Position numbers and translations under genes: made by a program. A stretch of 64,000 nt of DNA from Fimbriimonadales bacterium (GTDB taxonomy: Bacteria; Armatimonadota; Fimbriimonadia; Fimbriimonadales; ATM1). Location: NCBI GenBank assembly GCA_041744215.1, contig JBGTLG010000005.1, forward strand, positions 27,713-91,712, read 5' to 3'. Under the pieces are notes generated by a model. The model made no database searches, was not told where the DNA came from, and saw only the letters and a list, made by a program, of their open reading frames with translations. Positions 39,880-50,336 of this stretch are shown here, one piece after another; positions within the stretch are counted from its first letter, which is position 1; the number at the start of each line of letters is the position of its first letter.

Positions 39880-42218
39880 AAGACGCTCGGCATTCGTGGA
39901 CCGCTGGGTCTAAACGGCTTCTTTGTAAGTAGCAGCGCATCGATGCTCATCGAGTATCGAGGTGCCCCGTGTCGCAAGCGGACAACGATCTTATAGGCGC
40001 CCGGCTTGGGAACAACCTTCCCGAGCGAGTACCAAGCGAACCCCGGCCCATAACCGCCAGTCCCTACTGCGCTCAGCTCATGCTTTGCTCCGCCAAACTC
40101 AACTTCTACGAAAGGCAGCACGTCGGCGTCAATACGTGCGGCAATCCAAAATTCTCGCTCGCCTTCATCCAAGCGCACAGTATAGGTTGCTGTGTAGCCG
40201 TCGGGCCCCGGCGCGAATGGCGTGTCAACCCCCAGAGCACGCTCACCCGAGCAAGCGGGCGATGAGTAAACGTGACCAAACGTAGTCTCCTCTACGGATT
40301 CACCTTCGATCCACTCAAACACTCCGACGACCTGCTGAATCTTGCGGATGCTATCGAGCATTGACAGGTACGCGCCACTCGGATTCTGGCGAAGTCGCTT
40401 TACAGCGTCTTCGAACAAGAAGCGATAGTCGCCAGTGCCGAGAACGCGTCCGCTGGGAGACGCAGTAATCGCTTTGTACTCGGCCTGTATTGCGTCAACG
40501 GTGTCTTGCGGCACGGGCACATCTTCCGCTCCATAGATAAGAATTGGCACCGTATCCAGAGTCAGCTCAACTCCATCGCGCAGCACACGCACATCGACCG
40601 GCCGTCCGTCAGCTGTCAGAAACGTGAGTTTTGACGGGTCGTTGAAGAGCAGCTTTGTTTTCTTGGGTTCGTCCGCGCGCCAGATCGCGGTAAATGTTGC
40701 GTAGGGCGCATTGTGCCTGTACGCCTCATATCCGGGTCCCAAGTCGATGCGATTGCCAGCAGCGGGTGTCGGGAGCCACCATACGCCGCCCGGCAGTCGC
40801 ATGGTGTTCGCCGGATAGCGGGCGTTCTCAGGATAAAAGGCTGCCCGCAGTGCCCGTGCCGGAATCGAAGTATCAGCGCGGACCGCCGCAACTATCGAGC
40901 CCAGCCACGCTGCCTCCGGGCCGCCCGTCCACCTCACGAACCATCCTTTAACCCCAAGTTCAGCGAGATCGGACACAACGCCGGTGAGCGCGCGCTGATC
41001 CGGATAGGGATCCTGTCCGGCGCTCCCGCGCAGCTCTGTTGCGATCAGCCAACCGGGGTTGTTCCAGGCAACTGCGCTGCTGACTGCGCGCGCTGCGAAG
41101 TCCTCGATGACCGATAGTCCGGTTCCATATGCGCGCACGCCGATGCCGTTTCCTGCCGCGTCACGCGTGTCGTATACGGGTGACCAGCCGCTCCATTCGT
41201 AAATCACAGGAACATTGACTACGCGCCGAACAGCTTGCGCAAATCGAGACAATCTGCGAACGGCAGCGTTGTCGATCACCGTCTGCAAATCTGTCCAGTA
41301 GGCGGTATTGAAGATGTCCACACTGACGTGGCGACCCTCCTGCGGGTCCCAAAGCTTATCGACCCCCCGCGTGCGCGAGAAAAGCGGAACCATCCTTGCA
41401 GCCTCAGGAAAAGTGTCGATCTCAGGAGCTCTCAACCTCCACCCGCGCACCAGTGCATCAATGTTGCCTCGGTACTTCTCTTCGAGATATGCTTGGAACT
41501 CGAGCCTGAAGAGCTCGGAATCGGGCACGATGCCACCTTCGTATGCGGTGTAGCGGTCGACGCGTCCGGTCGGTGATACGACTCCTCGAAGCCCGGGCCC
41601 GAATTGTGCGGTCTGAAGACGGCTGAGTACCGCGTCTCGGCGCTGGTCAAACAACTCCCAGTAATCGTTCAATCCGCTCGCGTCCACACGCGGGTAGATG
41701 AGTAGCGTGTACGCTTCGGCGACCACCCTCTGGCTCACCTCGATGGTAACAAACCCACCAATGACATCGACCCAGCCTTTGTCCTCTATGAAAAAGCCCT
41801 TCGATGTGATGAGCAAGTAGTATGCGCTGCGCGCGTTTTGTAAGGGGACTCTGAAGAGTCCGCGCGCAGGAACACGGTCAATCCGATAAACCTCCGGCTG
41901 GACAAGAAATGCTGGCGCCTTAGGAGCGTCGGCGTCAGGTGTAACTAAGTAGCGCACCTCGGCCTGCTCGGCAGCCGCCACGAGATGCGTCCACTCAGTG
42001 CCAAGCGGCATTTCGAGGAGCAGATCGTTGACTCCAGTTTCGGAGGCCGTGCGGATCGCTTCCGGGATGGCTGGCAATCGCCAACCGACTGGAATGTAGG
42101 GCTGCCCGTTCCAAATCAGCGCTCTTTGTTGATTGATCGACCAGGAAGCGCCTTGAAAATCCCCACTGGGAGGCGAGGCAAAGGCAGTCGAAACGAGGAG
42201 GATCGCCGCAGAGAACAC
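39876..42218 (-). CDS. Secreted hypothetical protein (possible carbohydrate-binding C-terminus)
   Basis: 780-aa ORF with a signal peptide; the C-terminal WIEGES...IDALLLT region resembles a CBM beta-sandwich. Confidence 0.6.
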   Translation of the reverse strand: MFSAAILLVSTAFASPPSGDFQGASWSINQQRALIWNGQPYIPVGWRLPAIPEAIRTASETGVNDLLLEMPLGTEWTHLVAAAEQAEVRYLVTPDADAPKAPAFLVQPEVYRIDRVPARGLFRVPLQNARSAYYLLITSKGFFIEDKGWVDVIGGFVTIEVSQRVVAEAYTLLIYPRVDASGLNDYWELFDQRRDAVLSRLQTAQFGPGLRGVVSPTGRVDRYTAYEGGIVPDSELFRLEFQAYLEEKYRGNIDALVRGWRLRAPEIDTFPEAARMVPLFSRTRGVDKLWDPQEGRHVSVDIFNTAYWTDLQTVIDNAAVRRLSRFAQAVRRVVNVPVIYEWSGWSPVYDTRDAAGNGIGVRAYGTGLSVIEDFAARAVSSAVAWNNPGWLIATELRGSAGQDPYPDQRALTGVVSDLAELGVKGWFVRWTGGPEAAWLGSIVAAVRADTSIPARALRAAFYPENARYPANTMRLPGGVWWLPTPAAGNRIDLGPGYEAYRHNAPYATFTAIWRADEPKKTKLLFNDPSKLTFLTADGRPVDVRVLRDGVELTLDTVPILIYGAEDVPVPQDTVDAIQAEYKAITASPSGRVLGTGDYRFLFEDAVKRLRQNPSGAYLSMLDSIRKIQQVVGVFEWIEGESVEETTFGHVYSSPACSGERALGVDTPFAPGPDGYTATYTVRLDEGEREFWIAARIDADVLPFVEVEFGGAKHELSAVGTGGYGPGFAWYSLGKVVPKPGAYKIVVRLRHGAPRYSMSIDALLLTKKPFRPSGPRMPSVF

Positions 42219-42248
42219 GTGATATCAGACTACCAGAAGGGTTGAAAG

Positions 42249-43220
42249 CTACGCCTTTGAAGGAGAAGTCGACTTGCCGGTTTTGACGCTCGAGAGAGCC
42301 GCTTCAGCGATGGCGACCGCGCGAAGTCCGTCCAGGGCGGTAACTGTCGCATCGGCGCCGTGAGCGACGACATCGAGAAACGCTCGCAGCTCCATGTAGT
42401 AAGGGTCGTCGTAAGGAGCGAGCGGGCTCTCATTCCAACTCCCACCTTGCGTTGATGTGCGAAGTGCAGGACTGAGCTTGCTGTCATGCTCAATGATTCC
42501 TTCACTGCCACAGGCTTCAAACGTGACCCGGAATCCCGATGGGTCGGCCCAAGTGCCCTCCACGTGCGCTAACGCGCCAGATTCGAGCGTAAGCGTCGCG
42601 AGTGCGTAGTCCATGCCCTGGACTCCCGAGTACGTTAGCGACTGCGCGAACACCCGCTCGACCTCACCAAATGTCCAGCGAATCCAATCGAAGTCGTGAA
42701 TCATGAGATCCACGATTACGCCGCCAGACAGCGCGGGATCTGAGAACCAGCCGCCCGCGCCTTTAGGAGCAGCCCCTCCCCGCCGCGTTCGGATCGCAGC
42801 CGGAGTGCCAATCGCTCCATCTTTCACAAGCTTGTTCGCACGTCGATACTCTGGAAAGTATCGAACGACTTGTGCGGTCATGACAGTTACTGAGCGGGAC
42901 TCTGCGGCTTCTACGATTTTCGCGCAATCGGAAACTGAAAGGCAAAGCGGCTTCTCACACAAAACAGGCTTGCGCGCCTCAATCGCTGCGAGCGTTGATT
43001 CGAGATGCAAATGCGTTGGAAGACAAACATCAATGGCGTCGGCAGATTCCAGTAGCTTTTCATACGAGGATACGCCCCGCGCCTCGAACTCCGACTCAAA
43101 GGCCCTCACCCTTTCAGAGTCGACATCAGAGACGGCGAGTTTGACGTCAGGCATTCTTGCCCAATGCCTCGCGTGGGTGCGCCCCATCCCTCCAAGCCCA
43201 AGAATTCCAATCGTAGTCAT
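42249..43220 (-). CDS. Gfo/Idh/MocA oxidoreductase
   Basis: IGILGLGGMG, VLCEKP, GGVIVDLMIHDFD. Confidence 0.92.
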   Translation of the reverse strand: MTTIGILGLGGMGRTHARHWARMPDVKLAVSDVDSERVRAFESEFEARGVSSYEKLLESADAIDVCLPTHLHLESTLAAIEARKPVLCEKPLCLSVSDCAKIVEAAESRSVTVMTAQVVRYFPEYRRANKLVKDGAIGTPAAIRTRRGGAAPKGAGGWFSDPALSGGVIVDLMIHDFDWIRWTFGEVERVFAQSLTYSGVQGMDYALATLTLESGALAHVEGTWADPSGFRVTFEACGSEGIIEHDSKLSPALRTSTQGGSWNESPLAPYDDPYYMELRAFLDVVAHGADATVTALDGLRAVAIAEAALSSVKTGKSTSPSKA

Positions 43221-43261
43221 CTGCGCCGACATTCTACAGCCTCGGGTCGTCAGATATCTGA

Positions 43262-43834
43262 GTGCTTAGAAGAATCTCGGGAATCAGCGCAGTCGTTATC
43301 GGGCCGTTGCTCGGCGTCAGTTCCGGGCTTTACTTCACGCTCTTTCCATTCGGCGGATCAGACTCAATGCTGCCGTTAGATCCGGTAGCCCTCGCGGCTG
43401 CGACCACGTACTACATTGGAGGAGGCCCAACTCTCCCAGAGGCAACCCAGGCTTTGGTGTGGCTTGGTGCTTTTGCCACCACGTTCCTCTTGTGGGGATT
43501 CGGCCTGTCGATCGGTGGTCGGCTCAACCCGTGGAAGCTCTCCCGGCTCTGGATCGCCTATGCGCCGTCGATTGCAGTCGGCGTCCCCCTTGCATACCTT
43601 TCAGGTCAGGGAGCGAGTGGATTCAGCTTCGAGGTACTGATGAACGTCGCGCTCCGGAGGGAGTTTCAGCCTGCGCCGGAGTGGGCATTGTGGATTTACC
43701 CTTTGGCGAGCGCGTGGGCGACCGCAAGTCAACTCCTCTGGCTATGGCGCAAGATTCGTGCCCTCATCGTCGCCTGCGTGTTGCTCCTGGTTTTGGTCGG
43801 CGTTACGACCGCACTTGCGATCCTCGCAGCTTAG
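43262..43834 (+). CDS. Hypothetical membrane protein
   Basis: Several hydrophobic segments; fills the gap between two minus-strand genes. Confidence 0.55.
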   Translation: MLRRISGISAVVIGPLLGVSSGLYFTLFPFGGSDSMLPLDPVALAAATTYYIGGGPTLPEATQALVWLGAFATTFLLWGFGLSIGGRLNPWKLSRLWIAYAPSIAVGVPLAYLSGQGASGFSFEVLMNVALRREFQPAPEWALWIYPLASAWATASQLLWLWRKIRALIVACVLLLVLVGVTTALAILAA

Positions 43835-44553
43835 AGTATGCCCTTGTTGGGCATGAATACGACTTCGTCGAACACGCCCGACAGCGTGGATGTTACGATG
43901 TCGGCGATCGCAGACGCGACGTCCTTGGCACTGAGCATATCCGTTCTCTCTGGCGTCCAGTCCATTCCGTTCCAAAGGGGCGTGTCAACGCTTCCAGGAA
44001 CGAAAGCTGTAAGGAAAATGTTTTCAGCGCGATATTCGTTAGCCATGCTGTGAGTCAAACCGAGCGCGCCCTGTTTCGATGCGACATAGGCCGCTGCTTG
44101 GGGGAACGGTTGTTTAGCGGCAATACTGATCACATTAACAATCCTGCCACCACCGATCTCAAGCATTGCGCGAACCGCAGCGCGGCAACAGAAAAAAAGT
44201 CCGGTTAGATTTGCCTCGATCATGTTGTCCCATGCGAGGTCAGGGAAGTCCGCCGTTGGCCCGAAAGCGGCCGTGCCTGCCGCGAACACCGCAACAATCT
44301 GAGTAGCATCACCGTGCGACTGCGCGAGGTCTTTCGCAGACGTAAACAACCGGTTGCAAAACTCGGACTTAGCGATATCGCCGGCAACCGCGCGTGCCTC
44401 CACCCCGAACCCTCGACAGGCTCCAGCCGTGTCCTCGAGCCGACCCTCATGCCGGCCAGCGAGAACGAGCGAAACGCCTCGCTCCGCAAGTTCAATCGCG
44501 GTTGCGCGGCCGATGCCGCTGCTTGCCCCAGTCACTACGCAAACTCTTCTCAT
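43831..44553 (-). CDS. SDR oxidoreductase, candidate sepiapterin reductase
   Basis: TGASSGIG, YVASK, PGSVDTPLW; directly downstream of folE and PTPS. Confidence 0.8.
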   Translation of the reverse strand: MRRVCVVTGASSGIGRATAIELAERGVSLVLAGRHEGRLEDTAGACRGFGVEARAVAGDIAKSEFCNRLFTSAKDLAQSHGDATQIVAVFAAGTAAFGPTADFPDLAWDNMIEANLTGLFFCCRAAVRAMLEIGGGRIVNVISIAAKQPFPQAAAYVASKQGALGLTHSMANEYRAENIFLTAFVPGSVDTPLWNGMDWTPERTDMLSAKDVASAIADIVTSTLSGVFDEVVFMPNKGIL

Positions 44554-44559
44554 CGCGGC

Positions 44560-45123
44560 TCATGCATACGATTTGCGATCTCGGATCAAATCGTAAAACT
44601 CACCCCGTGTACTTGGGTTTTCTCGGAAGACACCGGTGAGATAACTCGTCGATACATTCGATGCCTGCTTCTCAACGCCTCGCGCCATCATGCACAGGTG
44701 TTTACCTTCCAGAACGCATGCGACACCCTGTGGCATCAGCACCTCCTCCATCGCGAGCGCAATCTGTTGCGTAAGGCGCTCCTGTACCTGAAGTCTTCGC
44801 GCAAACATATCGACAATCCGCGCTATCTTGCTGATGCCAATAATCTTGCCGTTTGGGATGTAGGCCACGTGTGCGTACCCAAAGAAAGGGAGCAAATGGT
44901 GTTCACAAAGGCTAAAAAACTCGATATCGCGGATGACAACGATGTCGTCGGCATCTTCGGAGAACAGCGCTCCGTTGACGACGTCAGTGAGGTCCATATG
45001 GTATCCGCTCGTCAGATACCCAAATGCATCTGCCGCACGCTGAGGTGTCTTTAGCAACCCCTCTCGATCAACGTCCTCGCCGATTTCGCACAATAGGTTT
45101 CTATACAGTTCATCAAGTGTCAT
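44560..45123 (-). CDS. folE: GTP cyclohydrolase I
   Basis: [39 protein letters not shown]. Confidence 0.96.
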   Translation of the reverse strand: MTLDELYRNLLCEIGEDVDREGLLKTPQRAADAFGYLTSGYHMDLTDVVNGALFSEDADDIVVIRDIEFFSLCEHHLLPFFGYAHVAYIPNGKIIGISKIARIVDMFARRLQVQERLTQQIALAMEEVLMPQGVACVLEGKHLCMMARGVEKQASNVSTSYLTGVFRENPSTRGEFYDLIRDRKSYA

Positions 45124-45944
45124 TCATCGTCACCAGAGTATTCAAAGATGTTTCGTGCAGTTTCTCGAAGGAGAACCTTGTCTAACTTGGCAGGCAGCTT
45201 ATTGTCAAGCCGGTGCCAAATCGTCCTGACAATGACCTCGGAAGTCGGATTCGTTTCACGGAACTCGGGAATGTCTACGTTCAAGTGTTTGTGGTCATAA
45301 CGATCCACAACCTCTCTGTTTACAATGTCGTCAATATCCTGCAGGTTAGCTATCATGCCGGTTTGCGGGTTCACCGGGCCTGATACTGAGACCTCCAGGA
45401 TGTAGTTGTGTCCGTGCCCGTTCGGATTGTTGCACTTTCCAAACAGTTGCAGGTTCTCATCCTCGGTCGCATCGGCTAAGTGGAGCCGGTGCGAGGCGCA
45501 AAACTCGTAGACTCGAGTGAGTGTCACGTTCATATCTTCTCCATTTTGGCTAACATCGACAAACAAAGTTGGTGTTTCATACAGCCGGACTCCGCAGAGC
45601 TCAGCCTCCTCCGACAACATGCGCAGAGATTCGAAGATGTGTGTGCCGATGAGCTCCAGGGTTGGCGGCAAACCGATCATTCCATCCACTTCATCGTTGA
45701 TGCTCTTCTGATCGAACCGAGAGACAACGCGATCTTGTAGGATCTCATCGAGGTCCTTGATGTTTACGACCATCCCCGTCTCGTCGTCGATGCGACCTCG
45801 AATCGATGCCTCGAGCACGTAGTTGTGCCCATGATTGTAAGGAGATGCCCAGCGACCAAATCGCGCCCTGTTCTCATGCTCCGAAAGAGTATCGATCCAA
45901 TATCGATGGCCGCTGGAAAATGTCACTTGCCTTGTTAACTTCAT
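45120..45944 (-). CDS. Tandem-domain 6-pyruvoyltetrahydropterin synthase (PTPS-II type)
   Basis: Two T-fold domains: domain 1 [11 protein letters not shown] (no catalytic Cys), domain 2 [13 protein letters not shown] (Cx5HGH). Start at MKLTRQ overlaps the permease stop (ATGA). Confidence 0.88.
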   Translation of the reverse strand: MKLTRQVTFSSGHRYWIDTLSEHENRARFGRWASPYNHGHNYVLEASIRGRIDDETGMVVNIKDLDEILQDRVVSRFDQKSINDEVDGMIGLPPTLELIGTHIFESLRMLSEEAELCGVRLYETPTLFVDVSQNGEDMNVTLTRVYEFCASHRLHLADATEDENLQLFGKCNNPNGHGHNYILEVSVSGPVNPQTGMIANLQDIDDIVNREVVDRYDHKHLNVDIPEFRETNPTSEVIVRTIWHRLDNKLPAKLDKVLLRETARNIFEYSGDDE

Positions 45945-46828
45945 CCTTCGCTCCGTCGATAAGGAATACCTAGTTTTGCAGGCGCAGCGGAGCCTCTCCC
46001 GACTCCCCACAGCACTACGAGCGCAAGTATGTACGGCAGCGCATCGAACAATTGATACGGGATTGGCAGGTCTTTCGCCTTTGACAGGAACTGAACGCCA
46101 TAAGCAAGTGCGATAAAAAGGCACGCAAACGATGCCCCCAGGGGCATCCACCTGCCAAATGTCACGGCAGCGATTACGACGAACCCACGTCCTGCGGTCA
46201 TGTTTTCAGCAAACGAGTTAGTTTGCGCCAAACTCAAGTACGCCCCTGCCAGCCCCGCCGTCGCGCCAGCGAACAACATCGCCTGAAAGCGAACACGAAG
46301 AGGCGAAAAGCCCGCTGCGACCGCGGCTTCCGGAGACTCGCCGCAAGCACGCGCCGCGAGCCCCCATCGCGTCCTCGCCAGGCTGAACCAGGCGAAAGTG
46401 ACGATCGCAACCCCGATAAGCATGATCGGGTTTAGCGCCCAGTTACCACCGAACTTCGGCACAGTGCGCACAGCGACGAGTTCGCCAGTCGTGCCGAACT
46501 GGGAGACAAACAACGAGCCTGTTGCCCCCAGAGAAAGCAAATTAATCCCGGTGCCAACTACTACTTGGTCGACTGCATAGGCGAGAACTAGAGCAGAAGA
46601 CAGGATCGCAAGAAGTGTTGAGACGACGATCCCGGCGCCTATGCCCATCCAAGGGTCCCCGGTCGAGTGGCAAACTACGAACCCAGCGAATGCGCCAGCA
46701 AGCATCATCCCCTCGAGACCGATGTTGAGTACGCCGGTCCGCTCCAAAACTGCTTCACCTGCGGCCGCGATGGCCAGTGGCGTGCCAAGCGAAAGCATTG
46801 CAGCCAACACGCCAACAACCTCGATCAT
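45941..46828 (-). CDS. Nucleoside/sugar ABC transporter permease
   Basis: ERTGVLNIGLEGMML, ACGESPEAA, GRGFVVIAA..FGRW.P. Confidence 0.9.
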   Translation of the reverse strand: MIEVVGVLAAMLSLGTPLAIAAAGEAVLERTGVLNIGLEGMMLAGAFAGFVVCHSTGDPWMGIGAGIVVSTLLAILSSALVLAYAVDQVVVGTGINLLSLGATGSLFVSQFGTTGELVAVRTVPKFGGNWALNPIMLIGVAIVTFAWFSLARTRWGLAARACGESPEAAVAAGFSPLRVRFQAMLFAGATAGLAGAYLSLAQTNSFAENMTAGRGFVVIAAVTFGRWMPLGASFACLFIALAYGVQFLSKAKDLPIPYQLFDALPYILALVVLWGVGRGSAAPAKLGIPYRRSEG

Positions 46829-47847
46829 CCTGCGCTCACCTTTTCACGATTCCTTCGCAGCCACTCGTGCAGCGCAACAAACGCGAGCACGCCAATCCCC
46901 TGCATCGCGTAGATTAGCGAAGCCTTGCCTCCTCCGAATGCCTCGAGATTTTTGGAGCCTGCGACGAGCGCGCCGAAGTACAAACCCGAACCGAGGATTC
47001 CGATGGGGTGTAGGCCACCTATCAGCGCAACAGGGATTGCAAGAAAGCCCCAGCCGGGAGAGAATCCGTCGAATAGGTAGCCGCTGACACCAACGTATTC
47101 AACCCCTCCTGCCAGCCCACACAGCGCACCGCTCCAAAGAAGCGAACGAACCTGAACAGAGGTCGCGTCGATTCGCGCTGCCCGGGCAGCATTTGGGTTA
47201 CTCCCTACCAAACGTAGCCTGAAGCCACCGGGTGTGTAGCTCAGCCATAGCCACAAAATGAGACTAACGGTGATGGAGAAAAGCACTCCGGCATGCAAAT
47301 CTGACTGTGAGTCGAAACGGAGGAACATGATCGTGCCGGGAAGAGTGTCTGACTGCGGAATTGACTTCGAAGATTCTTGCAGTGGTCCGCGTACAACGAA
47401 GCTAAGCAGACTCAGCGCGACGAAATTCAAAAGTATGGTGCTGATCACGACATTTACGCCCCGCTTTGCGTACATAAACGCCGCGATGCCGGCGAACGCC
47501 GCCCCACCGGCAGCGCTAAACGTGAGGATCAGCAGATTCGCCGCGAAGCCATCCATTGATGGAAGCAGTCGAAACGTTGTGGCTCCCGCGATGGCTCCTG
47601 TTATCAATTGTCCCTCTCCGCCAATGTTGTACATCCCAGCGCGCCACGCGAGCATCAGTCCAAGCGCAACAAGGATCAGCGGCGACGACTTCACGACGGT
47701 GCGGTGAACTCCAAACTTATCGCCGATTGCGCCATCGTAGAGGAGGGCGACAGATTCACCAAGGGGCAACCCAAACACCAAGAGTGTGAGAACAAGGATT
47801 GCAACAAGCCCAAACGGTACGAGCAGTAAAGTGCCCATGCGAATCAT
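46825..47847 (-). CDS. Nucleoside/sugar ABC transporter permease
   Basis: GMYNIGGEGQL, NVVISTILLN, GWGFLAIPVALIG. Confidence 0.9.
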   Translation of the reverse strand: MIRMGTLLLVPFGLVAILVLTLLVFGLPLGESVALLYDGAIGDKFGVHRTVVKSSPLILVALGLMLAWRAGMYNIGGEGQLITGAIAGATTFRLLPSMDGFAANLLILTFSAAGGAAFAGIAAFMYAKRGVNVVISTILLNFVALSLLSFVVRGPLQESSKSIPQSDTLPGTIMFLRFDSQSDLHAGVLFSITVSLILWLWLSYTPGGFRLRLVGSNPNAARAARIDATSVQVRSLLWSGALCGLAGGVEYVGVSGYLFDGFSPGWGFLAIPVALIGGLHPIGILGSGLYFGALVAGSKNLEAFGGGKASLIYAMQGIGVLAFVALHEWLRRNREKVSAG

Positions 47848-49307
47848 TCAACACCGCCAAGCAATAGACCCATATCCTGACCTTCCAGTAGTCGGCCACC
47901 ACTCATAATCAGTACCCGGTCGGAGAGTTCTGCGAGTTCATCCAGATCAGTTGTGAAGAGAACGACAAATGCGCCTTGATCGCGCGCACTGCGAAGCACG
48001 TTGCGAACGTACTGCGTAGCGCGGAGATCTAGCCCACGGGTCGGGCTAACCGCGATGATTACGCGGGGCTCTCCCGACATGACACGCGCAACAACGACCT
48101 TCTGCTGGTTTCCGCCACTTAGGCTTGCAGCGGGGGCATCGATGTCCGTTGTCCGAATATCATAGTTTCGAACAATCTCTTCACACCATGCGCGCACGCG
48201 CATGGGAAGAAGGAGTCCCCAAGTCTTCGGATTCGGTTGGCGATGTCCCTCAATCAGCAAGTTCTCGCGGATGCTCATGTGTAGAGCGAGGCCGTCGCGT
48301 CTTCTGTCCTGCGGGAGGTACGCAACGAGATGGGATGCACACGGAAGATATAGCTCTCCGCTGGATATAGAACGCACTCCTGCGAGCGCCTCTGCAAGCT
48401 CTGCTTGTCCATTCCCGTCAACGCCGCCTATGCCGAGAATCTCGCCCTCACCAACTTCAAACGAGACGGCTCGCACTGCGATTTGTCCTCGATCATTCAG
48501 GACTTCGACACGTTCAGCCCGGAGAGATTCTGTCTTGCCGTGAACTCGTCGTTCACGAGACGGCATCGGGGGCGCATGGCCGACCATCAGTTCCGCAAGG
48601 TCTTCGGCAGAACACTCTGAAGTAGCGAGATCACTCGCCACGATCTGGCCCCTCCGCAAGATCGTTACGCGGTCGGAGACCTCCAGCACCTCAGCAAGCT
48701 TGTGTGCGATGAGAACAATCGTGGTCCCGGCATCGCGCAACTTGCGCATGAGGTGAAACAGATCATCGATCTCCTCTCGTACGAGAGTCGAAGTGGGCTC
48801 ATCAAACATCACGACCCTTCTACCGCTAGCGAGTGCTTTCAAAATCTCGACGCGTTGCTGCTCTCCGACGCTGAGACTCTCCACTCGTTTTCGAGGATCG
48901 ATTGACCACCCCAAGCTCTTTGCAAGATCGAGTGCGCTCGCCGCCATCGCGTCAACGTTGAGCAGGACTCCGCCCAGCCTTGCTTGTTGCAGCGCAAGGT
49001 TTTCTGCGACTGTGAATGCGCGAACAAGCGTGAAGTGCTGGTGGACCAACGAGATGCCTGAGCGAGAGGCGTCTGCCGCTGAGCGCAACGCAACCGTGCG
49101 CCCCGAGACGACGATATCGCCCTTGTCCGGTTGCATGATCCCACTCAGAACGGAAACCAAAGTCGACTTGCCTGCACCGTTTTCGCCAAGAACGGCGTGA
49201 ATCTCGCCCGCCCGAAACTGTGCGTCGACTTTGTCAAGTGCGACGGTCGCGCCGAACCGCTTGGTTAGACGCCGAACCTCTATCGTTGGGTTGTGGCGGT
49301 CGCTCAG
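47844..49307 (-). CDS. Nucleoside/sugar ABC transporter ATPase (two NBDs), probable CTG start
   Basis: Walker A GENGAGKST lies upstream of the ORF-track start; LSVGEQQRVEI and LSGGNQQK are present. The frame is open to CTG 49307, which overlaps the BMP stop. Confidence 0.88.
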   Translation of the reverse strand: MSDRHNPTIEVRRLTKRFGATVALDKVDAQFRAGEIHAVLGENGAGKSTLVSVLSGIMQPDKGDIVVSGRTVALRSAADASRSGISLVHQHFTLVRAFTVAENLALQQARLGGVLLNVDAMAASALDLAKSLGWSIDPRKRVESLSVGEQQRVEILKALASGRRVVMFDEPTSTLVREEIDDLFHLMRKLRDAGTTIVLIAHKLAEVLEVSDRVTILRRGQIVASDLATSECSAEDLAELMVGHAPPMPSRERRVHGKTESLRAERVEVLNDRGQIAVRAVSFEVGEGEILGIGGVDGNGQAELAEALAGVRSISSGELYLPCASHLVAYLPQDRRRDGLALHMSIRENLLIEGHRQPNPKTWGLLLPMRVRAWCEEIVRNYDIRTTDIDAPAASLSGGNQQKVVVARVMSGEPRVIIAVSPTRGLDLRATQYVRNVLRSARDQGAFVVLFTTDLDELAELSDRVLIMSGGRLLEGQDMGLLLGGVE

Positions 49308-50320
49308 AATTCCCGTTTTGTAACTTTCGTCTCGCCTGCGAGGATGCTCTGGGATAGCTGATGAGCGATACCCCTAACATCTTCCGGAACGCGCGTCAGA
49401 AGCGCAGGGTTCCAAATGACCGTGACCGCGCCTTCCGTCATCCCAACCAGTTCGACTTCCGGTACATACGTGCCCTCTTTGACCGCTTTCGCAAGGCGAA
49501 CAAAGACTGGCTCCGCTACGATAACTGCGCTTGCAAGGACGACATCGGGTGCAGCAGCAGCCTGATCGCTGTTGGTTCCGAATGCAAGAACGCCGCGTTC
49601 GCGGCAAGCTTCAAAGACACCCTGCGCCGCCGCGTTTGCCTGGTGAATGACAAAGTCAGCGCCTTGGTCAATGGCGGCGAGCGTTTGTGCCTTAGCCTTG
49701 CCAACATCATCATTGGATCCCGTGAATGTCCGCAGCACTTTGATGTCTTTACGTGTGTCCTTTGCGCCTTGCTCAAATCCATCGAATGTCGAAGCGATAC
49801 TTGGAACTTCAGGGCCGCCGATCATGGCAACGACTCCGGTCTTGCTCAGCTTGGCTGCGACTGCACCTAACACATACATGCCCTGCTCCAAGTAAAACCG
49901 GAAGCATCCTACGTTAGCTGCAATGTTGTCTCCGCTGCTGCTTACAAAGATCGTTCCAGGGAAGTCCTTGCCGATGTCGATCCCGTGCTGGTTGTATTCG
50001 TAGCCATGGCCGATCACAAGGTGAAAGTTTTGCTGACCGTATGATCGCATCAGGTCTTTGATTTCTTGGGGCGTCGACGCAACTGCGTTCTTCGTTTCGG
50101 CACCGAGCTCAGTCTTGATCGCCTGGAGCCCGTTGTATGCCAATGCGCTCCACCCACTGTCATTGACGGCGCTTGGAGTCAGCAACGCCACCTTCAGCGT
50201 CCCCTCAACGGGGGGCTGCGCGCCTGATTCTTCCGGCGAACCAGTCGGGGTGGGCGTTTTATTGCTGCCAGTACAGCCACACGCGAGGGCGAACAGTGCG
50301 ATTGGGATCCAGTGTTTCAT
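49304..50320 (-). CDS. BMP family ABC substrate-binding lipoprotein (nucleoside)
   Basis: MKHWIPIALFALACGC lipobox, NDSGWSALAYNGL, IGHGYEY, GADFVIH. Confidence 0.9.
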   Translation of the reverse strand: MKHWIPIALFALACGCTGSNKTPTPTGSPEESGAQPPVEGTLKVALLTPSAVNDSGWSALAYNGLQAIKTELGAETKNAVASTPQEIKDLMRSYGQQNFHLVIGHGYEYNQHGIDIGKDFPGTIFVSSSGDNIAANVGCFRFYLEQGMYVLGAVAAKLSKTGVVAMIGGPEVPSIASTFDGFEQGAKDTRKDIKVLRTFTGSNDDVGKAKAQTLAAIDQGADFVIHQANAAAQGVFEACRERGVLAFGTNSDQAAAAPDVVLASAVIVAEPVFVRLAKAVKEGTYVPEVELVGMTEGAVTVIWNPALLTRVPEDVRGIAHQLSQSILAGETKVTKREF

Positions 50321-50336
50321 TGTGTAAGAACTCATT

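Noticed and set aside
44560-45944. Queuosine / 7-deazaguanine pathway (folE + queD)
   Set aside because: The active-site motif is Cx5HGH (PTPS-II), not QueD Cx3HGH, and no queC/queE/queF/tgt gene is nearby.
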